A DNA stretch of 56,135 nt from Bigelowiella natans CCMP2755 (taxonomy: Eukaryota; Protista; Cercozoa): the NCBI GenBank assembly GCA_000320545.1, contig ADNK01002391.1:1-56135 (forward strand), read 5' to 3'. The first letter of the stretch is position 1, and each line of letters starts with the position of its first letter. Made by a program: the position numbers and the translations under genes. Below, one piece after another: positions 52,813-56,135 of the stretch. The notes beneath the pieces were generated by a model that searched no databases, was not told the DNA's origin, and saw nothing but the letters and a program-made list of their open reading frames with translations.

Positions 52813-53776
52813 TGGATAGCAAGCCTGGTGTGATCATGTCCATATTTCTTACCACCACTTGCTGCTCTTGTTGATCTTTTACGCCTCATCATACCACTTT
52901 TCTTCTTCTTCTTCTATTGTGCTGTTCTCTCCCATATCTACGTACTACAATCAGGGAGCCAATGATAAAGAAGTTGCACTCTCATTGTATGAGCAGCTTC
53001 CAACTTACAACAAATTGGTACTTCTACTAATACCACCACCACCACTACAATTACTACTACTACTACGACTACCATCTCCACGATCTATAAGTAGTAAGAG
53101 TACCTGTACCCTGAAGAGGAAGGAGGGGGAAAGATTCATATTAGACCGAGTACTTACTCAAATACTACAAAAAAAAACACTCATCACTTTCAAATGATCT
53201 TGCTATGTTACTGATCGATGCTGTGAATGCTGTCTGTCATTGGGGTGCATGCACAACTACTGCCTCTAGATGCTTTTGACGCTTGTGAAGTGGTTAAAGC
53301 TGGTTGTTGATGGAGTCGATGTTACAAAGATGGCTTGGTCAAACCTTGCAATCTGTTTCGGGCCAACGTAAGAACAAGGAGAAGAAGAGGAAGATGATGA
53401 TGATGATACTACTACTTTGATAAAAGAAGACAATGGAAAGATGATGATCATGATCATGATGAGACGATCGCCACGACAGTGCCCTAGAAATAACAAAGGA
53501 CATTAACGGGAGAGGAACAAATAACACAAGAGAACTTCCATCTCCTCATAGTGTAAAGTGCTATTTTCTTCTTAAGCTAACAATAGTAGTGTTGCTCATT
53601 TTGTCTGCATGTGCATTATCATCAGCATTATGCAATGTCCTTACACCGGTACCGACGCCATCAAATGTGTCCAAGACGCTCCTTTAGTGAACAAGATAAC
53701 AGAGGCACTCTTTCAGAGCTTGAAGTCAAAAGCGACACTTGTGTCAATGAAAGTCCTCGAAGACGACATGTTCTGA
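49245..53776 (+). CDS. RhoGAP-domain protein with N-terminal PH-like region (start uncertain)
   Basis: EGIFRRPG (arginine finger), GALKQFVRSEIPTIIPDFKYQEF, EQLPTYNKL and TKMAWSNLAICFGPTIM; upstream EGTKIGSG..KHKPRRV..FYIYVFKDEK is PH-like. Confidence 0.88.
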
Positions 53777-53799
53777 TGATGACAGTTGTTGTGAGCGTG

Positions 53800-54350
53800 A
53801 ATCATCATGGAACTGAAGAAGCAACGCTTGGTGTAGTCACGACTAGCTGCTGCTATAGAAGCATAGCTCAACAAGTTACGTACGGAGGAGAATTTATGAG
53901 TAGAATAACTTACATGTGTGACCTGCTGAAACTCTGATGATCTTTCTACTATTGGTTATTTAAAGTTGCATGTCATCACTAGCTTATTCTGAATTTGCGA
54001 GTGACGTCATACCACATCTAGCAAGCTAGACATGCACACACTCTAGACATGCTAGTATGCAATTTGTACGTAGTAGATCATTTGGTTGCGCAGCCAAATA
54101 TTTCTAGATTTGTACGTATACTATACAGATATATAAATATATATGTATATAAGACGGATGTAATGAAATATTTAATTTTTTTCAGTCATCCTAATGTAGC
54201 TGCGTGCAATGCAGCGGCTACAGCGCTCAAGTTGCATGTGTTTGTTTCCTTCATTGTCACATGTTGCATGCAAATGAAAAAACATTGGAAATTGGTCTGT
54301 CATGTCGTGCTTTGCCCAGTTGCGCGCAGCAGCGCGAGCTCTTTTTTCTG
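53800..54350. other. Palindrome-rich convergent-junction tract (RhoGAP / sugar porter)
   Basis: tgacgtca, ctagcaagctagacatgcac, catgctagtatgc, gtacgta, gcgcgc. Confidence 0.7.
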
Positions 54351-54459
54351 TTTTTGAGAGGCGTTTTGTTCATTCGTCGCTAGGTGACTGATGACGCAAT
54401 ATCGAGTATGGATGAAGGCAGCAGTCTGTTGTCTCAATTGCTTTCTCAATAGGTAGCAG

Positions 54460-55274
54460 CTAATACATGTCCTCCCCTGTAGTATAACCATTTGCGCTGC
54501 TACTGCTACCACCCACACCAAGCTGCGCCTCTTCAGAAAGAGCGGTGGTGTCGTAACTACTGCCATTATTATTCGAATAATAAGGCTCCGAAATGACGAC
54601 TTGTGTAGTAAGTGTAGGGTCATTGGGATCCAAATCAGAGTATGAAGCGTTTAAAGACTGATTCGATGCAGATGAGTGGCGACCAGCTCCCCCCCCCCAC
54701 CCGATTATTATTCTTACTTCTGCTACCACCCACAATACTATACCCACTGTCTAGGCTGCTGCTGCCTTCTCTCCCACCAAACATCTCGGCCTGATATCAT
54801 ATGGTGATCATGATAATAATGCACTACTCAGAGATACGACTTTACACACGAATAACAATGCTATCATGTTCTCCTCCTCTTCGCCTCTTATTCTGTTTCC
54901 TCTATCTGTACATGATATGTATTTGGTTGTGACGCGCTTTACGCATAAAAGCAGCACACCACTACTACTACTACCTCAATTTCCTTATGTGATTTCCCCT
55001 TAGTCTCTGGCACTATATAGTAAGAGAAGAACGATGCTACTAGGGTAATCTGGAAGGGGGGGGGATAGCAGAGGAGAGAAACTTGAGTTTAAAACATCTT
55101 CTCATGAATTCACGACTACATGCATCAATGCATGCATGCATGGATCACGAGAACAACACCATCAAGCCAGACCCAGGGGTAGCAAGGATTTCATCATGAT
55201 CACATCATCAATCATTATCATCATATTCGTCATCATACTTCCACTTGTAGTTGTACCAAGAGCTACTACTACTG

Positions 55275-55308
<34 letters not shown>

Positions 55309-56041
55309 TAATATATCGAAGAAGATGATGAAACTGCTGTTTCTGTGTTAAATTATTAGCTGACGAAAGCGCCATTGCCGGACTGCTGTTGGTAACTCTC
55401 TTCTCCCCCCTCCCCCCCCCTTTCCTCTCTTTCTGTTCTCTAATTGAGTTGCGAATAATAGCAGCATCAGCTAGTCAACTAGTAGTCCCTCTACAATATG
55501 ATTGTATAGTACCAAGGCAAAAGGCAAGAAGGTATACGATCCAAGTGCGGTATTAACAGCAGGAAAGAGCAGCCCGACTAGAAATGAGGCAACCTACACA
55601 AACATCGTATCACTCATCAAACATTGCATCAACAATTTGTTTCAATGATGTCATATGCTGCTGTTGTTGTTGTTGATGATGATGATGATGATGCCAGTAT
55701 TGTGTAATGATACTACTATACCCAATTTATGCATGAACATGCCCCCATTGCTGTTGCTCTCTGGAAATGAAACAACAAGAAGACGGAGAATGGGGAGGGG
55801 GTGGTTGTAGTGATGGTGATGATCGCAAAGATGAGATAAGATGGCCGTGCAGCATGAAGTAGGTAGGTAATATTGGAGAAGGAGGAGGAGGAGACTATTG
55901 GGATGGAGTAATGAACGATATATAGAAGTAGTAATGATGATGATGTTGATCCCGCCTACTGTCTCTCTAAACATAGCTACCTCAACAGCCCGAAGAGTTC
56001 TGCAGTTATTCGCCCAAGGAAGTCGGGGACCCAAACCAAAC
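54460..56041 (-). CDS. MFS sugar porter (GLUT-like), 3' part only; 5' part lies beyond the window
   Basis: Exons GLGP..PW..ITAELF, ATAMGACSCINW|VASFLVGLLFPAVNTALGSYTFLPFA and YIVPETKGKSHKEIE (PETKG signature). Frame irregularities near 56000-56030 and at the 54689-54698 homopolymer. Confidence 0.88.
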
Positions 56042-56135
56042 TACCACCAATAGGAGGAGGAGGAGGAGGAGGAGTATTGTAAGAGAATATTTTGTATACT
56101 AACTACTACGGCGAAAGCAAACAAGCACCAAAGCA

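Noticed and set aside
55990-56040. Programmed frameshifting or pseudogenisation of the sugar porter
   Set aside because: The frame breaks cluster near the window end and at a homopolymer, while other exons are intact. Consensus error is more parsimonious; needs read check.

Overview
Eukaryotic nuclear chromosome end. It starts with a (CCCTAA)n telomere and degenerate subtelomeric repeats, followed by 13 protein-coding genes and a probable TPR pseudogene. Eleven genes are split by many microsatellite-filled GT/GC-AG introns; I spliced these by eye, so exon borders are approximate. In order: plastid-targeted PDZ-like membrane protein (-), TRMT11 (+), MGC-acylated unknown protein (-), membrane-anchored S8 subtilisin (+), intronless DUF998-like membrane protein (-), intronless kinase with a possible signal peptide (+), hotdog thioesterase (-), gamma-SNAP (+), type II membrane cyclophilin-like protein (-), SpoU/TrmH methyltransferase (+), LRGG-presequence protein (-), PH/RhoGAP (+) and a partial sugar porter (-). 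Bipartite presequences and TTAGGG telomeres suggest an alga with a complex plastid, most plausibly a chlorarachniophyte (inference). The most striking feature is architectural. The 13 genes alternate strand perfectly as six head-to-head pairs with short spacers. Every tail-to-tail junction, and the telomere side, carries a 0.5-1 kb non-repetitive tract rich in purine-pyrimidine palindromes (GCATGC, TGCA, CATG, ACGT, GCTAGC). Most ORFs in the supplied track are microsatellite artefacts.
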